Below, one piece after another: positions 10,168-20,600 of a stretch of 64,000 nt of DNA. Origin of the DNA: an uncultured delta proteobacterium (lineage in GTDB: Bacteria > Desulfobacterota > Binatia > UBA9968); the NCBI GenBank assembly GCA_963760795.1, contig CAVXEP010000025.1:32001-96000 (forward strand). Reading direction: 5' to 3'. The number at the start of each line of letters is the position of its first letter. Position 1 is the stretch's first letter. The notes beneath the pieces were generated by a model that was not told the origin of the DNA, did not search any database, and worked only from the letters and a program-made list of their open reading frames with translations. Made by a program: the position numbers and the translations under genes.

Positions 10168-10614
10168 TCACCCAGCTCGGTAGATGACCATCACTTTGCT
10201 CAATTTAGTGGGGTCACCTCGGATGTAGTTGGGGAAGCCGACCATCGGCTCCATGGCTCGCAACTCGCCTTGCTCGGTCACATCGAATGCCAATCGGGAA
10301 TGACTGAGAGTGGCGCCTACTCGCTGCACGAACATGAAGTACCCCCAGCGTTCGAGATAGCGAGTGGCGTTCGCAGGCGTGAGTGTGCCAGCCTCATAGA
10401 TATCGAAGTCTAGGCTATAGTCTCTGAGGTACTTGCCAAAGAGGTCCCAGTCGGAAGTGTTCAGCGCTCCGTTGTGGTCGCCGTACTTCTCTGCAAATGT
10501 TTCCTGGTTCGTGTTGTCCCAGTACCAGGAAATGTATGACCACGATTCCATGCAAGCTGCCCAGCAACGCCAGCTTTGGCCCTGCTTAGCAGGTGGAGGT
10601 GTAATACTAGCCAT
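10168..10614 (-). CDS. Papain-like cysteine peptidase (AvrRpt2/C39-like)
   Basis: GAGGAG RBS; Q-x5-CWAA nucleophile motif, downstream His (SHSRL) and MEP strand. Confidence 0.7.
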   Translation of the reverse strand: MASITPPPAKQGQSWRCWAACMESWSYISWYWDNTNQETFAEKYGDHNGALNTSDWDLFGKYLRDYSLDFDIYEAGTLTPANATRYLERWGYFMFVQRVGATLSHSRLAFDVTEQGELRAMEPMVGFPNYIRGDPTKLSKVMVIYRAG

Positions 10615-10959
10615 AGAAAATTCTCCTCAAAATAAGTCGATTCCGAGCGTAGTTGACTCCGCCTCCGCTTCTATATTTCCAAGGCAGTATCGGCCCAGAT
10701 GTTACAGGGGCCTCAAATATGGAAATTGCGTAGCCAATCCAGCAATAGGTATTTAACTAAGGATAGGAAATTTAACCGCCCCTTTTTCGTTGATGGGAGC
10801 TATATCGCCGAACCGGCGAGCCGTCAAGCGCACGAGTGTTTGGTGAAAACTGCGGTTTTGTTTCGGCCGGTTCGGGCGATGCAGCGGTCGGAAGCGCGTG
10901 ACTTATTCCTCGTCGGGTGCTCGCTCAAACTCAAACTATACATCATACATGCCTGACCC

Positions 10960-11160
10960 GAATGCTTCCAATTCTCTATATTTCTCGATCTGCCGGCTCT
11001 TGTTTCCAGTAAAATATTCCAGAACCGTCTCCGCCCTCAATCCTGCGATCCCCTTCCCCCTCACATAAGAACGGTAACTGCTCCATCGGCAGTCTTGCGG
11101 ACGCTCGGCTCATTTCGCTTCTACCGGGTTGAGGTGGATATAGCGGCTGACCGGTAGCAA
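10960..11160 (-). pseudogene. RAYT (Y1 HUH) transposase, C-terminal fragment
   Basis: Hand translation LLPVSRYIHLNPVEAK*AERPQDCRWSSYRSYV, with an internal stop; ends exactly at the IS3 end at 11161. Confidence 0.8.
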
Positions 11161-11985
11161 TGACCTATTTTTTTATTAATGAGACAGAACGGAGTAGAAA
11201 GTGAGTCGTTCGAAGGAGAGGAACGACATGGAAGCGAAACAGGATGGAGTCAAAAAGGAGCGGCGGATATTCACAGCGGAGCAAAAGTTCGAGATTTTAA
11301 AAGACATCGAGCGATGCCCGACGATCAAGGAAGGATTAACGAAGCACCAGTTGGCCGAGTCGGTGTATTACAAGTGGAAGGGGCAGTTGGAGGTGGGGGT
11401 GCGAGCTTCGTTGCGCAACAGCCGGCCGTTAAAGTCTGCGGATTTGAAACGATTGGAAGAGGAGAATCGTAAGCTCAAGAAGCGTTACTTCGTTACTGAA
11501 GCAGGCGCTTTTGATCAGCGAGTTAAAAAAAGAGATGAGCTTGGATTGATGGGGAGGGGGCGGCATATGGAGAGTCAGAAACAATTAACGCTTGAACTGG
11601 TAGCGACGTATCACAACCAAGGGCGCACCGTGGGTGAAGTGCTGAGCAGCCTGGGAGTGGCGCGATCGAATTACTACCGGTGGAAGAAAGGCCGAACGGA
11701 ACAATCGGCGTCTGTGATCTATGGGCATTTAAAAGCACAGGGGCGGGTCGAGCCGTATCAACGGCGTAGCGCGCCGGTGGCAAGAGCCTCGATACGAGGT
11801 GTGGCAGAGAAATCTTTTGTGAGGCAGCGACTGGACCAAACTCAGTGTCGGTGGAGCAAGGTGGTATTTGCTAACGGTGATCGATTTCTTTTCGCGATGG
11901 ATCATCGCCTGGGAAGTGATGTCCATGCTGAAAATGTCAAAGCGATTTATCAGGCGGGGCTTAGAAGCCAAAAGATAAGTTTTCT
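11161..11985 (+). mobile_element. IS3-family element remnant (left end, OrfA, degraded OrfB)
   Basis: TG-starting end; HTH OrfA (RRIFTAEQKFEIL...YYKWK...LKRLEEENRKLK); A-run slippage tract near 11525; OrfB start LGVARSNYYRW; right end missing. Confidence 0.8.
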
Positions 11986-12192
11986 CTCGGGCGTCTCAAA
12001 CACTACGTGCATGTGGTTGGACATCAGACAATAGGCCAATAGATCGACTTTCTTTTCCTGACAGTACACGGATAGCTTTTCGCGATATCTCTTTCGGTCT
12101 TGATCATCACGGAAGATCGCTTGGCGGTTATTCCCTCCGCAAATAACGTGGTAGACCGCCGCAGGATATTCTATGCGTAGGGCTCGCGGCAT
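11985..12192 (-). pseudogene. RAYT (Y1 HUH) transposase, N-terminal fragment
   Basis: MPRALRIEYPAAVYHVI...AYCLMSNHMHVVFETP (HUH motif). Confidence 0.85.
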
Positions 12193-12358
12193 AAACATTT
12201 TCTACAAGAAGCAGTCCGGAATGCCATAGATTAATATATTATATTCAAGCCTGACATTGACGGTCCCCCTAAATCTGAATGAGGCTTGTGGAGCTTCTAG
12301 CGGCTACTTTCGGGGTCGTTGCAATAAACGAACTGCTCAAGTAAGTTGGTCGCTCTCA

Positions 12359-12592
12359 ATGTCCATCAAACAAATAATCCTTACTTGGTGGGCTGAACAA
12401 TGCGGCATGCGGTATCGAAAAATACGCTGGCTGGACGTTTGGCATTTCGATAAAAAATGTCTCGATTTTCCAAAGAGAGACTTTGACGAAATTCTTCACA
12501 CGCCAGAGCATGGTCGCATTTGCCAAGCGTGTGGTCATGATTGGACGTCAAAGAAGGAACGGGACACACATAAATTTGAAGCCGTTGGCTGA
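12359..12592 (+). CDS. Small hypothetical protein with CxxC motif
   Basis: 77-aa ORF MSIKQIILTWW...ICQACGHDW. Confidence 0.4.
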   Translation: MSIKQIILTWWAEQCGMRYRKIRWLDVWHFDKKCLDFPKRDFDEILHTPEHGRICQACGHDWTSKKERDTHKFEAVG

Positions 12593-12974
12593 TAAAGCCG
12601 CTGCTCGCCGGGCTCGCGAGGGTCCGGCGCCTTAACCCAACATCATGTAGGCCACCCAGGAGAGGAATAGAGTCGGGCACCAAAATGCCGATTATCATGC
12701 AGACTATTTCGACAGGGTCCATGCCCCAAGCGTAGCGCAAATATTTCGTTGTTTAAGGGGCTATTTCCTGTCGCCGGGCATGCGCTCCCACTTGCCCTTA
12801 TTCCCGCCTTGTAGTTTATCAAAGACAAACGTCCAAGCTGAGGTGGTCGCGACTACCGTGCCTGGGGCAATCTTAGGGCACCACGCTTCGCCAATGTGCT
12901 GAAGCCCACGATACCCAAGAGGTCAACGACCTCCCACGAGCAGAACCCGTTGCAAGTGGTCTCTTGGCAGCGGA

Positions 12975-13303
12975 TTTCGTCATGGGTGCTGTTCAAGCTC
13001 AAGGGCGGAGAGCCGTTCGTGTTCGCTGGATTATGGGACGCATGGAAAAAACCAGACGGCCAAACACTACGCACCTATACGATTATCACGACCGAACCCA
13101 ACGAGATGCTCGCGCCGGTTCATAACCGCATGCCTGTTATGCTTTGCGACAGCAATGCGCTTGACTGGCTTAAAGGTGGCGAGATCGAGCACGCTCTTGC
13201 CTTGCTTAAACCGTTGCCCGCTGACTTGATGGATGGCTACGAAGTTTCCAAGTTGGTGAACATTCCTTTGAACGACGCGCCCGACTGCATCACGCCAGTT
13301 TGA
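12975..13303 (+). pseudogene. SOS response-associated peptidase (SRAP), C-terminal fragment
   Basis: PFVFAGLWDAW...TIITTEPNE...VHNRMPV...YEVSKLVN; the catalytic N-terminal Cys region is missing. Confidence 0.85.
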
Positions 13304-13393
13304 TACCTACCCACACCTCGAATAGTCCAAGGATAAGTCGCGGCGAGTTGAATCCCTCACTTCATTGCCGTTAAATGGGGATTGAGGAAGTGC

Positions 13394-13747
13394 TTATGGG
13401 TTCTTGCCGTCTTTCTCGAATAACCAAAAGTTGATGACCTGGGTGGCGGTAGGCTGCATCGTGCTCAGGAGCTTGCCTGTGCCCTCGTAGCCCGGTGAGA
13501 AGTCGTACATCGGGATGAACGATGCCAACATGAGAATGCTATTTTTCGAATTGTCTTGATAGTATGAGTCCTGTGGGGATTTGCCAATGGCGTGCCCGAC
13601 CACCCATTTCCCTCCGCTGGCAAAAGTCGACTGGTTGAAGCTCCGCCAATTGCCCATGCCGCCATGCCTCGACGCGTTAATGACGAGGTAACCCACGTCC
13701 GTCTGGTTGTCATCATCGAGCGTGATTTTTACGCTGTATTCAGGCAC
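13394..13747 (-). CDS. Hypothetical cytoplasmic protein
   Basis: GAGGAG RBS before a GTG at 13747; 117 aa; no recognisable motif. Confidence 0.6.
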   Translation of the reverse strand: MPEYSVKITLDDDNQTDVGYLVINASRHGGMGNWRSFNQSTFASGGKWVVGHAIGKSPQDSYYQDNSKNSILMLASFIPMYDFSPGYEGTGKLLSTMQPTATQVINFWLFEKDGKNP

Positions 13748-14149
13748 GTTGGGTCTCCTCAAAATGGTCGTTGTTGAAGAGCGCTGTTCTCTAGCCTTTT
13801 TCTATGACTGGAGCCATATCGCAAGACCGGGAGAGATGTCAATTCCTTTTTCTGCAACCCACTGTTGTGCCGGTCGGCTCGGCCGGAGAGCAGTCGGGAG
13901 GTGCGCAAGAGGTGCCTTATGGCGTCGTTCGCTCGAACTCAGAGCGAGCGGCTCCGTCGGCTTGCGTTGGTACCTGTGGTCGCGTCGGGACAATGCTCTC
14001 ACTCTCCATAACCCCCATATTCGATCTTCATTGGCCGTATCGCACGATTCCATTTTAACGTGCGAACGTGCGCTGTCTAGTATTAGACAGTCGGGACTTG
14101 CTTTATCTCGATAATGAGCGGTAGAAGAACGCTCCGATGGAGGCTCGAC

Positions 14150-14797
14150 ATGAAGCAAGCAATCAAGATACCGTTCGGGTTTATCATAGTATTGTTGCTA
14201 TCCAATTTGGCCGCCGCAACCTCCCACGAGAACGCTTCATCCGCAGTAGCGCCGCCATGCACAGTAGGATTGCAACATACGTTTGAGTACAAGAGTAACC
14301 GTAAGTTCACCAGAACTGTATCAAAGCAGGTCGGGGAGTTGTGTGTTGTCGGCAACTCCTCTTTCGATAAGCAGTGGGTGCTAGTTAAGCTGATCGCAGC
14401 TGACGGTCGTGAGATAACTTCGCCGGACATCCAATTTCCCCGTATCGGTAAAGAGTGGCTTTCATTTCCTTTAGTCGTAGGTAAAGAGTGGCAATACGCA
14501 ATGCGCACACGTCCACAAATATCAGCTAATGTAAAGTCGTATATCGATTGGTACAAGGTGGTCTCCACAGATCGAATAACAGTTCGGGCAGGTACATTTG
14601 ACACTTACAAAATTAAATGGGAGCAACGGCAAGGGTCGGGCCTCGGGGTGAGATACTTCTGGTATTCGCCTGATGCTGAATACTACGTCAAGCATCAATA
14701 TGCCCGAGACGAAAGCACCCCGTCTGACTTCTGGGTGGATATTGAAGACTACGAGCTAGTCTCGATTCGCCGTCCAGGGATCAAAGCCAAACAATAA
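14150..14797 (+). CDS. Exported beta-rich hypothetical protein
   Basis: GGAGG RBS, signal peptide, ITVRAGTFDTYKI...YFWYSP motif. Confidence 0.7.
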   Translation: MKQAIKIPFGFIIVLLLSNLAAATSHENASSAVAPPCTVGLQHTFEYKSNRKFTRTVSKQVGELCVVGNSSFDKQWVLVKLIAADGREITSPDIQFPRIGKEWLSFPLVVGKEWQYAMRTRPQISANVKSYIDWYKVVSTDRITVRAGTFDTYKIKWEQRQGSGLGVRYFWYSPDAEYYVKHQYARDESTPSDFWVDIEDYELVSIRRPGIKAKQ

Positions 14798-14831
14798 TAA
14801 ATACGGTCAGGCATTCACCCAGCAGAAATCC

Positions 14832-15515
14832 TGAGTTAGCCCCAGTTTGACGGACACCTTAGAAAGGGGGCAGAAAGCCCCTGGGAGGTGTTCGATGAAC
14901 AAGCGTAAGACCTACACATCACAGTTCAAGCGTGAAGCGGTCCGGCTGATGGAGAGCTCGGACAAGGCCGCATCCGATGTCGCCCGCCAGCTGGGCGTCA
15001 GACGCAATCAGCTCTACAAATGGAAAGAGCAGTTAAGCAAACGTGGCGCGAAGGCTTTTTCCGGTGCCGGTCGGCAGAGAAGACAAATCGATGAACTGAG
15101 TCAGCTGCGCCAGGAGTTGGCCACGGTCAAAGAAGAGCGTGACATTTTAAAAAAGGCGGCAGCGTACTTTGCCAAGGAGCTCGGGTGAAGTACGGTTTCA
15201 TCCGAGCCCATCAAGGTCAGTTCAGCGTGTCGCGCATGTGTGAGGTGCTCCAAGTCAGTCGCAATGGGTATTACGACTGGCGAGACCGACCGGAATCCAA
15301 ACGGTCCAAGGAGAACCGTATCGCGTTGAGCCAAATCCGTGAAGTCCATGCCCGTAGCCGAGAGGCCTATGGGGCACTCAAGACTTGGCGGGAACTTATG
15401 GCAAGGGGCTTTGAGTGGGGACGACACCGAATCGCAAAGCTACGACGAGCAGCCGGCATCGAGGCCAAGCGCAAACGGCGGTTCCGCATCACGACGCAAT
15501 CGCGTGCAGGCGTGG
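14832..15515 (+). mobile_element. IS3-family element, truncated (OrfA intact, OrfB N-terminus only)
   Basis: Left end TGAGTTAGCCCCAGTTTGACGGACACC; OrfA RKTYTSQFKREAV...ERDILKKAAAYF; A6G slippage site; OrfB KYGFI...VSRNGYYDW...YGALK; DDE domain missing. Confidence 0.9.
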
Positions 15516-15700
15516 TAGCCGTTTGGAATTGAGCAACTCGCCGCGCGGGGGTAGCGAGGCGGGGTGCGGCTGGGTATGCTCAGATGACTAACGCCCCCTG
15601 ACAATCACCGGCGGACCCTCGATGGCGGCGATCATCTTCAAGCTACCGTCACAGTTCGGGCAGTGGTCGATGTCAATATCGAAGACCCGTTTGAGTTGGC
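15516..15700 (-). pseudogene. IS91/ISCR-family transposase, C-terminal remnant
   Basis: Hand translation LKRVFDIDIDHCPNCDGSLKMIAAIEGPPVIV, the characteristic IS91-type C-terminal zinc-finger segment. Confidence 0.8.
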
Positions 15701-15807
15701 TAGCCCGACTCTTGCACAGGCACACCGCGGTCCGGCATCATCCGACGAGTTTGCCCGGCAGCGCTGCGACAGATAATGCAGTAACTCAGCTGCTCGACGC
15801 GCGCGAC

Positions 15808-16823
15808 GGGTCAAATCTTCTGTTGGCAGATCCCGTAAACAATGTTCTCGATTTGATCCCTAAATCTTCTCTCCTTTTCCATCTTTGACTTGACCCAGTG
15901 ACAGCCCCAACCCACCGCTCCATAGCTTCCTAAGCCAAACAAGCTCGCCGTCTCTTGCAACGTCCTATCACAACATCGCGCCACCAGGTACATCGCCACC
16001 TTACGAGCTTGATTCTCCCTTCCCCTCGTTCCCCGTAAAATCTCCTCTTTTGCGATTCTGTACGTCTGGCTACCTGATCCCGATTACCTGCTCCGCTTCA
16101 GGCTGTAACCCTCGTCGTTCATACCGCGGATGCTCTCGCGCTAGCTTCGCTGTCGGCCCTCTTATTCGCTCGACAAACTGTTCTCCTCCCAACACCGGAC
16201 TCTGACGGCCGGACTCGTAGAACCCCTCCAGGGCTTCCTCATTTCCGGCTAGCACGAACTCGTGAAAGGCTTTCCTTCCTCCCACCTGCTCCAATACTTC
16301 CCTTACGTTGAGCCAGTTCGGCGCTCCTTTGGTTTGCAGATAATACTTATGACTACTCCAACGATAGTCCTCCGGCATTTTCACAATACCTGCGTCCACC
16401 GGATTGAGATGAATGTAGCGAACTACGGCGCTTAAGTGTTCGTCAGCGTCGATTAAAATCGCCTTGTAGCGACCTCGAAACAGGGAGCCGTCGCGCTGAT
16501 GGCTGCGGTTAAAACGTTGGGTGTACAGCCCATCGACATGGCGCATGACGCGGCTCAGATTTCCCTTCGGCGTTCTTAGACATACATGGTAGTGGTTTGT
16601 CATCAGACTATAGGCAAAAACCTCTATGCCCCACTGCTTGTTAGCTTCAGCTACGGTGTTAAGAAACGTCTGGTAGTCGTCGTCTCTTAAAAAAGTTGCC
16701 TGCCTCGCTGTTCCACGGTTCATCACATGGTAAACGGCTCCGGCAAACTGTATCCGTAATGGTCGTGACACGGCGAATACACGTATCAAAACCAAGTGTA
16801 ACTGTCAACAAAAGATTTGACCC
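15808..16823 (-). mobile_element. RAYT-like Y1 transposase with C-terminal DnaA-like HTH (frameshift near 16075), bounded by 22-bp terminal inverted repeats
   Basis: YHVMNRG, NHYH, YIHLNP, WSS motifs; C-terminal ARKVAMYL...SLFGLGSY; GGGTCAAATCTTCTGTTGGCAG (15808-15829) vs reverse complement of 16802-16823, GGGTCAAATCTTTTGTTGACAG. Confidence 0.85.
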
Positions 16824-16902
16824 CTTTGTGTTTCCTTTTGTGTTTCTTCTCTGAATGCATATATTATAGGTAAACTTGACCTTATGATGATTGGTCACAA
16901 CA

Positions 16903-17559
16903 TCAAGCCTGAGACTTGAACCAGTTGGCTAAGGGTTCTACGATCATGGCCAGGGATTCGGCTGCGCCTTTGAAGTCATAGAAGCCCTGGGCGGTTGAGG
17001 CCACCTTGATGATTTCATCCAAACGATCGGTCCGTCCGGCTAAATGCATCAGGATCACGCAAGTGGTGAACGGATTGCGAACCACGCCCGGACCGCGGCT
17101 CAGGACGTAGTCCAAGGCGCGATTCGGAACGGAGTCGAATCCTTCGATGATCGGAAACGCTTGCTCGCGGACGTCCTTACAGATTGCAGCGGCAATTGCA
17201 TGAAAATCGATGCTTGGCGAAACCTCGAAATGGGAAGCGCTCCGAAGATTGTGCGAGGTACATGAAAAAATGAGTGGAGTCGTAAACGTGGGGTGCGCAC
17301 TCAGGCCGCACGCCTCCATGGTGTCATAGATGATACCGCCGCTGAGCGCGAATAACCAGTAAAGTCCGTAAGTCCCTGGAGGGCGGCTGCCCTTGACCTC
17401 GGCGCAGGCGATGGCGAGGTCGGCACCAGACGTCAATTTGGCCTCCAGCCGCATCTTTGTGCTAACTTTCTTCGACAACTCGCCGGGCACCTCAAGTTCG
17501 GAGAATTGGTTCTTAAGGGCTTGGCCCATCTGCTTTTTTGTATTAGCAAGATCGGACAT
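16903..17559 (-). CDS. Putative immunity protein for the Rhs nuclease toxin
   Basis: Directly downstream of and co-oriented with Rhs; cytoplasmic, no signal peptide. Function inferred from position. Confidence 0.7.
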   Translation of the reverse strand: MSDLANTKKQMGQALKNQFSELEVPGELSKKVSTKMRLEAKLTSGADLAIACAEVKGSRPPGTYGLYWLFALSGGIIYDTMEACGLSAHPTFTTPLIFSCTSHNLRSASHFEVSPSIDFHAIAAAICKDVREQAFPIIEGFDSVPNRALDYVLSRGPGVVRNPFTTCVILMHLAGRTDRLDEIIKVASTAQGFYDFKGAAESLAMIVEPLANWFKSQA

Positions 17560-17610
17560 TTTTTACCTTTTTGCTATATTCCACCTGGCACGTGTTTGCA
17601 AACTCGCTCG

Positions 17611-20600
17611 CTAAACATCGTATTTTAACACCGAAAACGTGGCCGGTTGCGTTCCGCCTTTGGCAGGTAATCCGGCATTGGTGGTTTTGTCTGGGTTGCC
17701 AGTTGCGACTGTCAAACTTCCTGTTGTTCCCGTGGACGTATCGATCGTCCCACCCGAACTGGTTGACGCGTTGGCTGGTTTGCTCATATCGAAGACCCCC
17801 GAGGCCGCCTGATTGTCCGTGAGCCGCCCAGTACCGTTTTTGACTTCGAACACATGGATAGTGACACCGTCGGGTCCGGTTGTCACGAAGTCGGCCCGAA
17901 CGCGCTGGCCGTTGACCACCATCGTCACCTCTTCGGCCATGATGGTGTGATTGTTAGCAATCAAGTCGGCTTCCGCAGCATCACGCCCGCGTTGACCGCT
18001 GTCATGCGATGCACACAATCCCAACGGATCCAACCAGTTGATCGGATTGGTGCCGTATGCGTAGAAATTGCCGCCCCCCAGCAAACCGCGTGGATCCTGT
18101 GAGATGTAGCGCCCGCTGTCGGGCGAATAATACCTGAACTTGTTGTAGTGCAGGCCGGATTCTTCATCGCGCCATTGGCCTTGAAATCCAATTGGGCACT
18201 CCACTTGGCTTCCGGGCGCTACAAACTCAGCGTCGACTTTCCCCCAGGCCGTGTACGAACGGCTTAGTGCCACGCGGCCATAGTCATTGATCAACTCTCG
18301 CGGCGTGCCCAATTGGTCATGAACGACGCTGAAGCTTCTGCCGTACTGCACTGTCAGCAGCGGTGCGAAGCTCGCGTCGCCGTAGACCCACGCCGAACGC
18401 GACTTGCCCGTCGCATCGGCCTCGTGAATTAGGCGCTCCTTATCCCACAGATAGATGCGCTTCTGCTTTACTAGGCCATTGACCAGCTCCTTGGCGACCC
18501 GGCGTGCCAGGGCATCGTAGCGATAGTGCCAGGTGCGGTCATCTGGATCGGTCACCCACTTCAGGCGATCCAGAGCATTCCACCCAAAGGTCCAGACCCG
18601 CGGGTGTTCTGAGCGTGACCGCTCGATCTTCCTAACCAGCCGTCCTTCAGCATCATATTCGAACCGGGTATCGCCCTGTTCGACCAATCGGTCGCCGTAC
18701 TCATGAAACCTAGCTTCGTCTAGAAAGTGTTGTCCTTCCGAGCGCGAGCGGGTGATGTTGCCAGTGCTGTCGTACTCGAAGCTTTCACTGCTTCCGCGAG
18801 ATTTCATGGTCTGGATCAAGCGTTCAGCAGGGTCGTAGATATAGTCCACCCTACCCCAACGTGCATCATCCAGGCTGCTCAGATTTCCGGCAGCATCGTA
18901 GTCGTAGCGTCGATGGAGCAGTTCGTTACCGCGCGATCCGAGTCGGCTCAGTTGCTGGTCAATCAGTCTGCCTACGCTGTCATAGCGCTGTTCAAGTCGC
19001 ACCCCACCAGGCAAAAGCCTGGCGATTTCTGCCCCATGAGCGTTGCGTTCGATGTGGTGGGATTGGCCACCAGTGGATATGCCAATGACAGCGCCGTTTG
19101 CATCGTTGGTGTAGTCAGTCAGCAACCCGAGGCTGGTGACGGTTTGCACTAGGTGACCTACGGCGTCGTAGCGGCTTTGGACCCAATGGTCTCCCTGCAT
19201 GTCGCGTAGGATACGACCCGATGCATCGCGCTCGAACCGAACTGCGATGTCAGCAGTTGTGGCTTGTTCCAGCTGGCCAAGTGCGTTGAACTGGAAGCGC
19301 ACGAATTCCCCGTCAGGCAGAATTTGGGCCACAATACGCTGTAGCGGGTCGCGCTCTAGCGCCACGGTTTCTCCGTTCGCATTCAAGAACCTGGTAACAC
19401 GATCTTCACCGTTGTATTGAAACTGGCGTTCAGCGCCATCGAAGGCCAGCTCGCGGACGACCTGCCCGCCATCGTTGTAGAAGAACCGGTACCGCTCGCC
19501 TTTGTGATTGATCACTTCATCGAGGCGCCCCGATTCACTACCCCAGACATAGCGCACGCTGTGGCTAGCAGGGTCCATGCGCTCCAACAAGCGGCTGCAA
19601 GGACCGTAGCGCCAACGGATGGCGTGGCCGCTCGGATCAACATATTGAGTTAGGTTGCCGGCGTGGTCATAAGCTGCGCTAATCACCGAACCATCGGGAT
19701 GCGTAATCTGGATCGGCCGCCCGAGCGGGTCGTAGCGGATCCGCGTGACGTCGGCCATAGCACCACGGCGCTCCACCACGCGGCCGAAAGCGTCGAACAC
19801 GAAGTCTCGACGGTGTCCGTTCCAATCGGTGATGGAACGCAAGATGCCGCGGTCAAATATCTGAGTCTTGCGAGCACCCAATGGGTTGGTGAGTTCGCGC
19901 ACATTGCCTTCGTCGTCATAGGCAAAATGCCAACGATTGCCTATCGGATCTACTGAAGCGATCAGCCGATTTGCGGCGTCATAGTGACGCTGCCAAAGCT
20001 GATCTGCGGCATCGGTGAGGGTGTGCGGCAGATGCTGCGAAGTAAAGGTCTGACGCGTAGCCTGTCCCAACGCGTTGACGACAAGCGCGCGGTTGCCCTG
20101 ATCGTCATACTGGTATCGGGTCGTTGCACCAGTGCTGTCGATCTTGGCGCTGATCCGCCCAAAAGCGTCGTACTCAGTACTGTGTAGCGCACCCAAGGCG
20201 CTCCACTCATTGACGACCTGTCCACTAGATAAGTACTGGAAACGCGACGTTGCCCCATAGCTGTTGGTGACTTCCGTGATACGCGCGGCGTCCAGATATT
20301 TCAGTCGCTTTTTGTCGTAGTTGTCTAGTCCTGTGCGCTGAACGCAACGGCCCTTGTGGTCGTAGCGGTAGAGAAACACGGCTCCGTCCTTGAAGACCTC
20401 GCGCGCCAACCGGTGCTTGTCGTCGTACTCGTAGCGATCGGCGAATCCGGCAGCGTCACGGCTCGCGGCAAGCCGGCCAACGCCGTCGTATTCGTAGGAT
20501 GCCACGTCATAGCGCTCGCCGCCGGCTGCCAATAGGGTCAAGCCGTCGATCAGGCCAACTCGGTTGTAACTGAGATCCAGTTGGCGTCCCTCCAGTCGCT

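Noticed and set aside
17586-17600. TGGCACGTGTTTGCA, resembling a sigma54 promoter
   Set aside because: GG-to-GC spacing is 9 nt rather than 10, and it faces away from the neighbouring genes.
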